Shown in pieces: positions 44,001 to 50,310 of a stretch of DNA of 64,000 nucleotides. Both the position numbers and the translations under genes were made by a program. This DNA is from a virus. The stretch spans positions 1 to 64,000 of IMG/VR virus record IMGVR_UViG_3300002461_000311; one strand, 5' to 3'. Numbering within the stretch: position 1 is the first letter of the stretch; every line of letters begins with the position of its first letter. Under the pieces are notes generated by a model. The model did not search any database. It saw only the letters and a list, made by a program, of their open reading frames with translations, and was not told the origin of the DNA.

Positions 44001-47000
44001 TTATCGTTCTTGGGGGAGGTGGCCGCCTCGTGGGCGGCAGCGTCTACGCTTGCTCGGGCTTCTTGGGCGCCTTCTTCTGCTCGGCGGCCTTCGGCTTCGG
44101 CAAAGCGCCGAAAAAGGTCTGCCCAACGACCCAGGACTGCTGGTAGATTGGGTCGTCCTCCTTCGCGTAAGGAATCCCGAAGAAGTCGTCCTTCTGGGTC
44201 TGCTTGCCAGTCATGGTACGGGTATCCTGTTTCGGCGCCGACAGCGACATAGGACTTCACTTTAGCAGGAAGGTTTCCGCCCTGCACGAGCTTCGTCACC
44301 CCCGCCGCGAACTCCTGGTCGCTCATGACGAACGGCATGCCGTCGTCACCCCTAAAGTTCATGAGCACGATCTCGCGATCGTTCAGGCGGGTGAGCCCCA
44401 TGCCATCGTTCACGTCTCGGCGAACAGCAGCATAAACAGCGCGCAGCTCAGCGTCACCAACATTCGCATCGAAGCTGATCTTCACGCCCTTGGTCGCGCC
44501 GGGGTCGCGCGCAAGCGCGGGGTCGGCGCGGAAGAACGGCACCGCATCCTGACGAAAGACGTACATCCATCCGCGCGCCACGCGCTCCACCACATCGCGG
44601 TCGGCGCGCACCGTGGCAACGGCGTTCGGCGCCACTTGGTTCTCGTAGGCCCCCGCCCCGCCCACAACCTCGAATTGCGAGGGCCTCAGACCGAATGCCC
44701 TGAAATAGACGTCCGGACCACCCTTGCCGAAGACGGCCTTGAGGGCGTTGTCCTGGTAGCGCTGGAGTTCTTCGAGGCTCAGGTTTGCCACCGCCTGGCC
44801 AATCCGTAGCTGCGTCGAGGGGCGCGTCTCTGCCGTGATGGTGGCGCCGGGGCGGCGCCCACGAGACTTCAGGATGTTGCGCACGCTCGCGTCAAAGGCG
44901 CCCGAGTTGCCGAGCGAAGACTTCACGTGCGTCGGCTCGAACGGCATCAGGTGCAGCGTGCCGGGATAGACGCCTTGCATGCCTATGCCGAAGGGGCCGC
45001 GAGCGCGCGGGCCGAACGCCATGTCGGCGTCCATGATGATGCCGTCGTAACCGAGCGCCTCGACCGCCTGGCGAATGATTTCCCCAGGCGACACCAGTTC
45101 GCCGTTGCTGTCATACGCCTCGGAGAGTCCGCTGCGCACCAGGGCCGCGGCGTCGTACGCGCTCTTGCCCTCCGGATCGCTCAGTAGATCAGTAAGCGCC
45201 TCGGAGGCATCGGCATCGTAGGTGGATGCCACGTCGCGGATGGCGTTCGCGAAATCGACGAGCGTGCCGCCCTCGCTGACGATGTCCTCGCCGTCCTCGC
45301 TATACTCAATCTCAGAGGTGAGCTGCAAGCCGCTCGGGCGCATGTCGAACGGGTTCTTCATCTTCACCCAGAGGGGCATGATCAACCCCTTGGAGTCGCC
45401 AGCCACCGCCGCCCTCGCGGATTGCGCGACGGCCTTCTCGAAGAGCAGGTCGCGCACGGTCTCTTTCTGCGCATCGGTCAGCTCGCCATAGTCGAGATCC
45501 GCAAGCGCAACCCCCAGCTCCTCTGCCGCGCGGCGCGCGTCCTCCGGGTTCTTGTCGAGGTGATCGGCCATCGCTTCGTCGAGCGCGAAACTGTCGTCGC
45601 GCCATGCATCGGCGAGCTGCTCTTTGGAGCGCTCGATGCGACCGGTCAGGTCCGGCCCCTCGCCCGCGTAGTTGATGCTCGCGTCGTCGCGCGAGGTCGT
45701 CACATAGAAGCCGTTGCCCAGCCAGCCTTCGGCGGTGCCGGCCCGGGGCGCCGTGTCGATCTCCTGAATGTTCGAGTGCGTCGTGCCGTGGAAGGCTTCA
45801 AACACTGCTGGCCCGCCCTCGTAGTCCTCCGTCTGCTCGGCGCGAACCACGGGCATGCCCTCGGACCAGCGCTTGAAGGCATCGGTGTCGATCTGATCGG
45901 GCGGCGGGACGAACTGCTCCTGGCGAGCAGCGGCACCGCGGGACTTGAGGGCCTCCATGTCGCGCTTCACGCCCGAGGCGGCCGGCGTCGGGCTCGCCGA
46001 CTCGGACTTGACCCAGTCGGCCGTAGCCTGAGCGAGCGCCTTGCGGGCCGCGTCGAGATCCTTGATGTACTGAGCGGACTCCAGGCCGGGCCGGCCGAGA
46101 CCGAGCTTCGAGCGGATCACATCCAGGGTCAGCATCACCGCGTCGCGGATCTTCATCACCATGGAGCGATCGAGCCCCTTCAGCACCTGGCGCCAGAACT
46201 CGGGCTCGTTCATCCGATCGCCGAGCATGTCGGCCATCAGCTCCTCGGTGACCAGATCCTCGGAGGCGCGCGCCTTCGGGTTGTCGGTCTCCTCCTGGAT
46301 GGCGGCGTCGAGCCACGCGCGATAGCGCGCGGTGTCGCGCATCAACGGCGCCATCCGGGCGACCAGCGTGCGGTAGACGGCGCCGTTGGAGCGGCGCAGC
46401 GAGTGCAACAACTCGTGGCCAATGATGGCCAGGTGGGAGCGGGTCGCGTCCGCGTTGATGTAGATCGTCGACGGGTCGCTCGGGATGATGAATCCCTGGG
46501 CCTGGTCTTCGGGCTTTACGGGCTTGGCGTACCGGAAGAAGACGACGCGTCGCTTGAAGATGTCTCGGGCGACTCGCAGTCCTGCTGCAACATCAGCGGA
46601 AGCAGGCACCTCAGCCTCGGTCGCGAGACGGGCGAGCCCTCCGGTGGCGGCGGTGACGCGCACCCCTTCGTTGGGTCGGGGTGCGTCGCCCCGGCGCCAC
46701 ATGGGCGGGGTGTCGTCGGTACCGGTGGCTTCGGTGTCATTGAGCGTTCCCTCTCGCAGGGCCTTGCGATACTCGGTCGCGCGGCGGGTGAGGCGCCACG
46801 CGCCGCTCGGCGTAGGATAGCCGAAGCCCAGCTCGATCGCGCGGCGGCGCTCGGACTGGTTGAGCCGCTCGCCCTTGAACAGGCGCTCGGCCCAGTTCTG
46901 ATCGTTGGCGCTCGGGGCCTGCTCGCGCAGAGCAGTGCGCCGCGCCAGCTCGCCGGCCGCGCGCTCTTGCGCTTGCTTGGCGCCTTTCCTGGCAACGAAT

Positions 47001-48793
47001 CGCAGGGTGTTGTCGTTCAGATCGCGCGGGTCGTTGCCCAGCACCTTGCGCTGAGCGTCCTCCAGATCTCGGTCGGCCTGCTCCTTGGGCGTCTTGCGGA
47101 ACTGGTTTGGATTGATCCCGGCCTGCTCGAGCGCGAGCCCCAGCGGCGAGGTGAGCGGCGGGGCACCCATATCCACGCCCGCCGACACGGCATCGGCGAC
47201 CGCCACCGAGAGATCGCGCTGGCGCTGCGACTCCTGGGCGAGCATCTCCAGCTCACGATCCCGCTGCGCTTCGCGCTCGCGTTCCGCAAGGTCAAGCGCT
47301 GCCCGGGCCTGGTCGGACACGCGCGGCGGACGCGGGGCGATCGTCTGCCCCGGGGTCGCGCTCGGCGCCGGAGCGGCCATGCCGGTCGCCTCCGCAAGCG
47401 CCTGGCGCGCGCCGGCAGCGTCGTAGGGGATGGCATCCGCCGCGGACGCCGGCTGCGCCTGCGGCTCTGCTGGCGGGCTTGCCGGGGAGAAATCGACCCC
47501 TTCGTCGCCCGGCTCGCGCCAGGTCGTCGTGGCCTCGATCTCGCGGCGCTCACGCTCCTGGTTGGCGCGATCCTGCGCTTCGATGCGCGCCATCTCGGCC
47601 TGCTCGCGATCGTACGGGATGGTTTCCAGGCCGGAGGCGCCGGCGCCAGTCGTGGTCCCGGGCTCTTCGGTGCCGAGGACATCACCGGCCGGAATGGGCG
47701 CGTTCTCGGGCGCGGGCGCTTCTGCGCTTCGACCGAAGATCGCGTTCTGTCCGGCGCCCTGCACCGAGCCGATGGCGAGGCCGCCCAGGCCCTCGTTGAG
47801 GGCGCCCTGGGTGAGCGGACGCTCCGGGTCGACCGCGCGCATGGCGACGTTCTCGCCGACCTTGGAGAGGTAGCTTTGCGGGAACTCCTCGAGCAGGCCC
47901 TCGCTCACAGCGCCCGTGGCCGCGCGGCGCGCGAGCCCGCCGGCCTGGCCGGCAATGGCCTTGGCCAGCGCCCGGTCACCCAGGCCGCCGAACACGCCCG
48001 TCGCCACGCCCGCCAGCACCATCGCCCGGCTCTTCACGTCCCGGATGATCTGGTCTTTTGCCGCCTCGTAGGTGAGCCCCTCGAACATCAGCGACTTGAT
48101 GACCTCGGAGTCGCGAAGCTGGGCGTCCGGAATGCGGCGGATCTCCTCCTCGACGTTCTGCGCCGCCCCGCCGGCCGCGAACGCCGCCTCGGTGCTGCGG
48201 CCCGCCATCATGGCCGTGCGTGCAGCCGCCTTCCCGGCGGCCACCTTGTCGCCAGTCTTCTCGAGCGCAGTCTTGTAGGCCGAGCGCGCCAACACCTGGG
48301 CCGGCGCCATCGACAAGATCTGCTCGGGCAGCGACTCTGCGATGCCCCGCGTGTAGGTGCGCCAGTCGGACCAGGCATCGCCGAACGTGCCGGCCTCCTC
48401 ATCCCACCATTGCTTGCGCCCTGCCGCCTGGAATCCGGGCGAGTAGCTCTGCTCGAGCCCCTCGGCCGCCCCTTTCAGGGCCTCCTTGGTACGGTCGCCA
48501 CCCATCGCCGGGCGCACGATCCTGGCTGCGCGTTCGATCATCCCCAGGCCGGGGATGTGCTCGACCACCGGGCGGATGACCTCGTCGAGCGAAGCGGGCG
48601 CCCGCAGCGCGCCACGGGCAAGGCCCACGCCCACGTCTTTGACCGTCTCGATGGCCGAATCGAGGAAGGACGACTCTTTCCCCTCGTCGAAGGACATCGG
48701 CGCCGGAGCCGGAGCCGACCAGTTGCGCTCCCAGGGCTTGCGCTCCTCGGATGCGCCCGTCTGCCCAGACCAGTTACGCTCCCATGGTTTCAC
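38036..48793 (-). CDS. giant multidomain virion (polyvalent/ejection-type) protein, ~3585 aa
   Basis: Uninterrupted ORF; the likely start is GTG at 48793 (GTGA coupling, GGGAGG RBS), and the track start is 48808. Contains two HExxH zincin motifs (HELLH, HELGH), an ART-like FHGT..GNGFYVT segment, a pyrophosphatase-like GKDGDAVDVF segment and a TM-containing C-terminal ~900 aa. Frame anomalies at 40.8-44.3 kb are described in the findings. Confidence 0.75.
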   Translation of the reverse strand: MKPWERNWSGQTGASEERKPWERNWSAPAPAPMSFDEGKESSFLDSAIETVKDVGVGLARGALRAPASLDEVIRPVVEHIPGLGMIERAARIVRPAMGGDRTKEALKGAAEGLEQSYSPGFQAAGRKQWWDEEAGTFGDAWSDWRTYTRGIAESLPEQILSMAPAQVLARSAYKTALEKTGDKVAAGKAAARTAMMAGRSTEAAFAAGGAAQNVEEEIRRIPDAQLRDSEVIKSLMFEGLTYEAAKDQIIRDVKSRAMVLAGVATGVFGGLGDRALAKAIAGQAGGLARRAATGAVSEGLLEEFPQSYLSKVGENVAMRAVDPERPLTQGALNEGLGGLAIGSVQGAGQNAIFGRSAEAPAPENAPIPAGDVLGTEEPGTTTGAGASGLETIPYDREQAEMARIEAQDRANQERERREIEATTTWREPGDEGVDFSPASPPAEPQAQPASAADAIPYDAAGARQALAEATGMAAPAPSATPGQTIAPRPPRVSDQARAALDLAEREREAQRDRELEMLAQESQRQRDLSVAVADAVSAGVDMGAPPLTSPLGLALEQAGINPNQFRKTPKEQADRDLEDAQRKVLGNDPRDLNDNTLRFVARKGAKQAQERAAGELARRTALREQAPSANDQNWAERLFKGERLNQSERRRAIELGFGYPTPSGAWRLTRRATEYRKALREGTLNDTEATGTDDTPPMWRRGDAPRPNEGVRVTAATGGLARLATEAEVPASADVAAGLRVARDIFKRRVVFFRYAKPVKPEDQAQGFIIPSDPSTIYINADATRSHLAIIGHELLHSLRRSNGAVYRTLVARMAPLMRDTARYRAWLDAAIQEETDNPKARASEDLVTEELMADMLGDRMNEPEFWRQVLKGLDRSMVMKIRDAVMLTLDVIRSKLGLGRPGLESAQYIKDLDAARKALAQATADWVKSESASPTPAASGVKRDMEALKSRGAAARQEQFVPPPDQIDTDAFKRWSEGMPVVRAEQTEDYEGGPAVFEAFHGTTHSNIQEIDTAPRAGTAEGWLGNGFYVTTSRDDASINYAGEGPDLTGRIERSKEQLADAWRDDSFALDEAMADHLDKNPEDARRAAEELGVALADLDYGELTDAQKETVRDLLFEKAVAQSARAAVAGDSKGLIMPLWVKMKNPFDMRPSGLQLTSEIEYSEDGEDIVSEGGTLVDFANAIRDVASTYDADASEALTDLLSDPEGKSAYDAAALVRSGLSEAYDSNGELVSPGEIIRQAVEALGYDGIIMDADMAFGPRARGPFGIGMQGVYPGTLHLMPFEPTHVKSSLGNSGAFDASVRNILKSRGRRPGATITAETRPSTQLRIGQAVANLSLEELQRYQDNALKAVFGKGGPDVYFRAFGLRPSQFEVVGGAGAYENQVAPNAVATVRADRDVVERVARGWMYVFRQDAVPFFRADPALARDPGATKGVKISFDANVGDAELRAVYAAVRRDVNDGMGLTRLNDREIVLMNFRGDDGMPFVMSDQEFAAGVTKLVQGGNLPAKVKSYVAVGAETGYPYHDWQADPEGRLLRDSLREGGRPNLPAVLGRWADLFRRFAEAEGRRAEEGAQEARASVDAAAHEAATSPKNDKPQPTENKYAALEVQARSRGRANGRTSDGKEPRTQKPVQSRVPSVAAHEASLPQPEEPRLQILRGAGRDDQSSLAAQLRAFSQRHRAKAEPGVDVGSDRPRRQLRARQLSMGDQAAAGGQSSVLSPSNGGRPPTDGGRSGKGVGQTSADSLPAGEGGARTRYETSGSSRQRDADTKRGVDDAAEVGKALGRESANASREDSSGLADRAGADRRGSPGATVDVGAHQAATSPANDLPEPTEAQKKQGNYKVGQVVVRGLSISVENPAGSTRSGVDAGGRRWSRSMKSHYGYIRGGFIGKDGDAVDVFLRPGMPLDYNGPVFVVDQNNPSGRHDEAKVMMGFPSLEEARSAYLDEYEAGWEKRIRSIASFPTVDAFKLWLQRGDLSRPAGDQQLLFQFVGEDRNGRLHVGVDDGIDPGRDKKLPTWMRWRLDRTIHADLRANIASALNDTLRASPILERAAKSVIIWGVHDDAMVGRGGIDGAYWSIFDGITVHEDVAGPPGVPRAINNSQRLIGTIAHELGHALDKQKDGSFLSEIHPAFALTKSGDKIEVSGEVAREVFFVWDAETGPLSELFKYPLATGYWEAMTAGQIRRELFAQLVRAYTTNRELMMQELPHAFRLIDDISKTPWNRLGQALRGLRGKIRRSSSLVVDTAVSSPRRGLQARQAGDRGGEAFQAGSPAVSQRGHSGTDAGAGEEGKGNHRDRPIPPPRRVGVNPAASAKAQQKAGPSALKALFSRAARPGEGGRPSPGRLMDMADAWLKISDDARAFRYGRSNAKTITEIALGMRIQKSDRSLVHRSDIHDFSDDSFSINLGKDGRGRVIRGLISQSDADRTVWVDTSDIRESGLGSAIYQVAMQYAANNEMTFIGDPAAVSPIAAIRRNDQMMSAALRLGTTKWMRPSWNQSVEHAWREVEDQYGDDDRYNLGLLIYDSYANVLQSIDEIKSARYNFESSQFEWRVPRGDDKRTVQQWANDVAATDAGRDSGSGYATILRGIVTQSLLASGARGKRGVSSKHLSPGMLARGDTANQAILYSRSARPGLDVASGDRGVRAEQEYQPGIVARTVASTLDAALKPIGVALDVVDEAIEASRAPALAATRMATKAVAPVTKAAQAINRATDAALRFPLAPVAKVTGRLADRVSSATAAWFKGGAIRQQIAHGIVADYGLPEPYLSERDERERRVNAHLRKSKAMIDQIGSLSMAESRVAYLWMQEKPDTDAERQMMAILPADSRATLAAMKEQIDQLGRDAVELGLLSEESYGRNKMAYLHRSYQKHEVEGAAFVSANRKAKAIRAETYRGRGLRHDISGDRLPGVQKGDKYVRMELRDPGAEGELGKLKRVAYVKEGEPIPAKHAGWRNDGVWEARWFEKNGNVGMWRDLSKPERERLGEIEEIRYAFARTALASIQDIETAKFLKWVGTEYGKATEEEVIAAGGKISEASDSKTTLRAYADNEWVEVPKTNAYGTKLKKYGLLAGQFIPGHIWNDIRATVNFRSASAVWRLWDDLLTAWKISKTALSPAVHTNNVMANVVMADLANLGPEDLRAALVTIIDAKRGDEAASAMMERFYDSGSEGGSFAAIEMRQDVIEPILKQLESERDTVAQNLSLIQAIHLARGSSLKQALVALASTSTAKRLGKMGAAPFKAMIDLYRQEDAVFRLAKFMKETAAGKTDREAGQLARKAFLDYSINAPWIQALRRGPLPFIAFTYRIVPILIDAMTKTPWKMVKYLSVGYALNALAYGMLGAAGDEEEERALLPDERSGRTLLVFPRLLRMPWNDANDSPVFLDVRRWIPGGDIMDLNGSKSAIPVPPWMTVGGPMALMIELISNRSQFTGKDIVGKTDTFGEGATKVMDHIAKFLMPNLPLPNPVGYAADSIAMQRGLFQTYSWKAIQAAGTGETDAFGRERNLPQALSSAFGVKLGSYPADAGRVNLARQRDEALREISQKIGAARRERQRRGISDEEFNARLDRQVTRRRDIEREFAERMGQ
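40822..41121 (-). CDS. +1-frame ORF nested in the giant gene (99 codons, GTG); weak coding evidence
   Basis: Protein-like composition (LTPGEIREAGTQLSYEELLRN...), but third-position GC does not discriminate it from frame 0. Confidence 0.2.
   Translation of the reverse strand: METTSEQSSSGQTTLPPLTPGEIREAGTQLSYEELLRNRSWPPGLEESEAYLQNTFLPACWPEATLRTKLSSIRAARAQGLTSRAEIAAFEPSKSTSRA
41815..41841 (-). terminator. 11-bp-stem hairpin GAAGGCCCAGC-N5-GCTGGGCCTTC inside the giant ORF, 19 nt after the +1-frame stop at 41860
   Basis: Direct reading; no clean U-tract. Confidence 0.4.
41860..42159 (-). CDS. +1-frame coding segment nested in the giant gene (99 codons; ...DLARLYADYAEKFGDPVPWWWIQQYLPREEDY...)
   Basis: Third-position GC is ~76% in the +1 frame from codon 15 onward, against my rough estimate of ~40% in frame 0. 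Balanced Trp/Lys/Glu composition; ends TAA then a hairpin. Confidence 0.5.
   Translation of the reverse strand: MPSDSSTTSQRLRGTDLARLYADYAEKFGDPVPWWWIQQYLPREEDYRLVKQAIEEGRPFKPDHPLFRNGDIPELTPEQVKKGKAIIATGRFPRLDELE
43280..44046 (-). mobile_element. endonuclease-gene cassette bounded by ~62-bp imperfect direct repeats (44046-43985 and 43344-43283)
   Basis: Both repeats start TAGACG and are 44/62 identical by hand alignment. In frame 0 both encode VDxxAHxAATSPxNDxPxPTE. Confidence 0.45.
43342..43935 (-). CDS. homing-endonuclease-like protein (HNH_3-related core + 2 HTH), copy 2, nested in the +1 frame of the giant gene
   Basis: About 50% aa identity to copy 1 across YxxWxxMxxRCxNP...YGxRG...LDRIDPDGNYEPxNCRWAT. 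AGGA RBS before the second ATG (43920). Confidence 0.72.
   Translation of the reverse strand: MVGQAMAKSPGPRSQYKAEYQAWQHMKRRCLNPKSPDFKYYGARGVTISPLWLHSFERFLSDIGPKQSPGLTLDRIDPDGNYEPGNCRWATRQQQAANRRYCHRVMVGGHQLTVAEAARALGKPAQTLYRRARAGRELDTKRLDRRDSAMLTLNGESMTLPKWARRLGVKVRTLRERIRRGLPIERALIGGDLRAQR
44044..44250 (-). CDS. +1-frame coding segment nested in the giant gene (68 codons; ...KQTQKDDFFGIPYAKEDDPIYQQSWVVGQTFFGALPKPKAAEQKKAPKKPEQA)
   Basis: Third-position GC is 57/68 (84%) in the +1 frame versus 28/68 (41%) in frame 0 by hand count. Ends TAG. Confidence 0.45.
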   Translation of the reverse strand: MSLSAPKQDTRTMTGKQTQKDDFFGIPYAKEDDPIYQQSWVVGQTFFGALPKPKAAEQKKAPKKPEQA

Positions 48794-50310
48794 CGTGCCG
48801 CCTCCCACGAGCTGGGCGAGTTCGGGTCGCCACCCTTGAATCGGAAGCCATCGACGACGCCACCCACCACCGGGCCGCCGGCTGACCTGGGATTGCGATT
48901 GCCGATCGGCTCCAGGCCGGGGGCGCCGCGGATCTGCTTGGTCTCGGCCCCCAATGCGGCGGTGACGCGGGCCGCTTCGGCCTTGCTCAGCTTGGTAGCC
49001 GGCAGGAGGCGACGCACATCGTCAGCGCTCCATCCGCCCTCTTCCACCATGCGGCGGACGAACGCCGCCAGCGCCTTGTTCTTCGTCTCATCGCGATAGT
49101 TGCCTTTCTCTGACGCGCTCAGCGCCGAGCGCAGCGTCTCATCGAGCGACACGGCCCGGTCGCGGAACTCGTAGTAGACGGTCTCGAACGCGGTCTCGGG
49201 GTTGGAACCGCTGCGGATGCGCTCGCCCAGCGCGCTCTTCATCGCCGGCAGCAAGGTCATCATGCCGTTGACGTTGAACTTCGCATCCTCCTTGGCCTGC
49301 TCACCCTCGAGCAGGCGCCGGTACCCGAGCGCGCCCTTCTCGATCAGATCGTTGACGTCCTTGGGCTTGAGCCCGCCGCCGCTGGTTTCGCGGCGAAGGT
49401 TCAGGGTGGCGTTCCGGTAGCTCTGGATCGCGTCGATCTCTGCCTTCTTGAGTTTCTCGTTTGCCTGGTTGTGCCGCACCGTCTCTGCCTGGGCCGCCTC
49501 CCGGGTCGCAACCTCGCGCTTCTTCAGCCCGACGTTCGGGTCCTTGTCCCACTCCCAGAGCTTCTGGGCGCGGGCGCGCGATTGCTGGTAGTCGATCTCC
49601 ATCGACTTGGTCGGGTCAGACATCATGGCGATGTGACTCTCCAGCTCCTGCTCGGTCATCGTCTTCGGGATGCGCTGCCCGTTGTACTCGAAGACCATGG
49701 CGTAGGCGCGCTCGCCCTTCTCGTTGGTCGTCGGCTTGAACGATGCCGGGTCGATCTTGCCGCCGTCGCCCCAGAGGTTGTTGTAGACATCGACCACGCC
49801 GGACGCGTCGCCCGTGGTCTTGAGCCGAGCGTAGGCATCGCCCGCCGTGCGCTTGCGCAGATCCGCGCGCATGGCCGCAGCGCGCTGGAGATGCTGGTCA
49901 GCCAGATCGATCCGGCCGCGCGCCGCGTAGGCATTCGCCATGGCCTCGGCCGCCGCCGCAGCCGCGCCCTCGCGACCGAACCGGCTCGGTGTACCGGGGC
50001 GCGCCGCCTGCTCGAGCGCCTCCTCGGGCGGGCGCTCGAAGAGATCGCCATCATCCCCAGCCGATGGGCCGGGCATCGCGGGCGCCGCCGGCCCGCCCAT
50101 GGCGCGCTCGAACGCAGTTCGACCCGCTTCGCGCGCCTCGTTGTTCAGGCGCTCGATGTCGTCGGCCGTGCGCTTCTCGCGCTCGGAGCGATCCCGCTCG
50201 AACTCGAAGCGTTGCTTGTCCCGATCGTCGCGCTCCTGCTTCGAGCGACGATCGACCGCCGTCTGATACCCAGCAATGCCTCCAGAGAGGAACGCCCCGA
50301 GTCGACTCAT
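48790..50310 (-). CDS. internal virion / ejection-associated protein (506 aa)
   Basis: Charged coiled-coil-rich protein immediately upstream of the giant gene and coupled to it. Confidence 0.7.
   Translation of the reverse strand: MSRLGAFLSGGIAGYQTAVDRRSKQERDDRDKQRFEFERDRSEREKRTADDIERLNNEAREAGRTAFERAMGGPAAPAMPGPSAGDDGDLFERPPEEALEQAARPGTPSRFGREGAAAAAAEAMANAYAARGRIDLADQHLQRAAAMRADLRKRTAGDAYARLKTTGDASGVVDVYNNLWGDGGKIDPASFKPTTNEKGERAYAMVFEYNGQRIPKTMTEQELESHIAMMSDPTKSMEIDYQQSRARAQKLWEWDKDPNVGLKKREVATREAAQAETVRHNQANEKLKKAEIDAIQSYRNATLNLRRETSGGGLKPKDVNDLIEKGALGYRRLLEGEQAKEDAKFNVNGMMTLLPAMKSALGERIRSGSNPETAFETVYYEFRDRAVSLDETLRSALSASEKGNYRDETKNKALAAFVRRMVEEGGWSADDVRRLLPATKLSKAEAARVTAALGAETKQIRGAPGLEPIGNRNPRSAGGPVVGGVVDGFRFKGGDPNSPSSWEAAR

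Noticed and set aside
45422-49099. 1225-aa plus-strand ORF, together with similar long ORFs (235-1527 +, 11493-12449 -, 24033-25379 -, 32525-33778 -, 49989-51578 +, 57847-59487 +, 7378-8826 +)
   Set aside because: They are Arg/Ala/Gly/Pro-rich shadow ORFs antisense to, or out of frame with, well-supported genes. This is expected in ~65% GC DNA. They have no RBS and no motifs.
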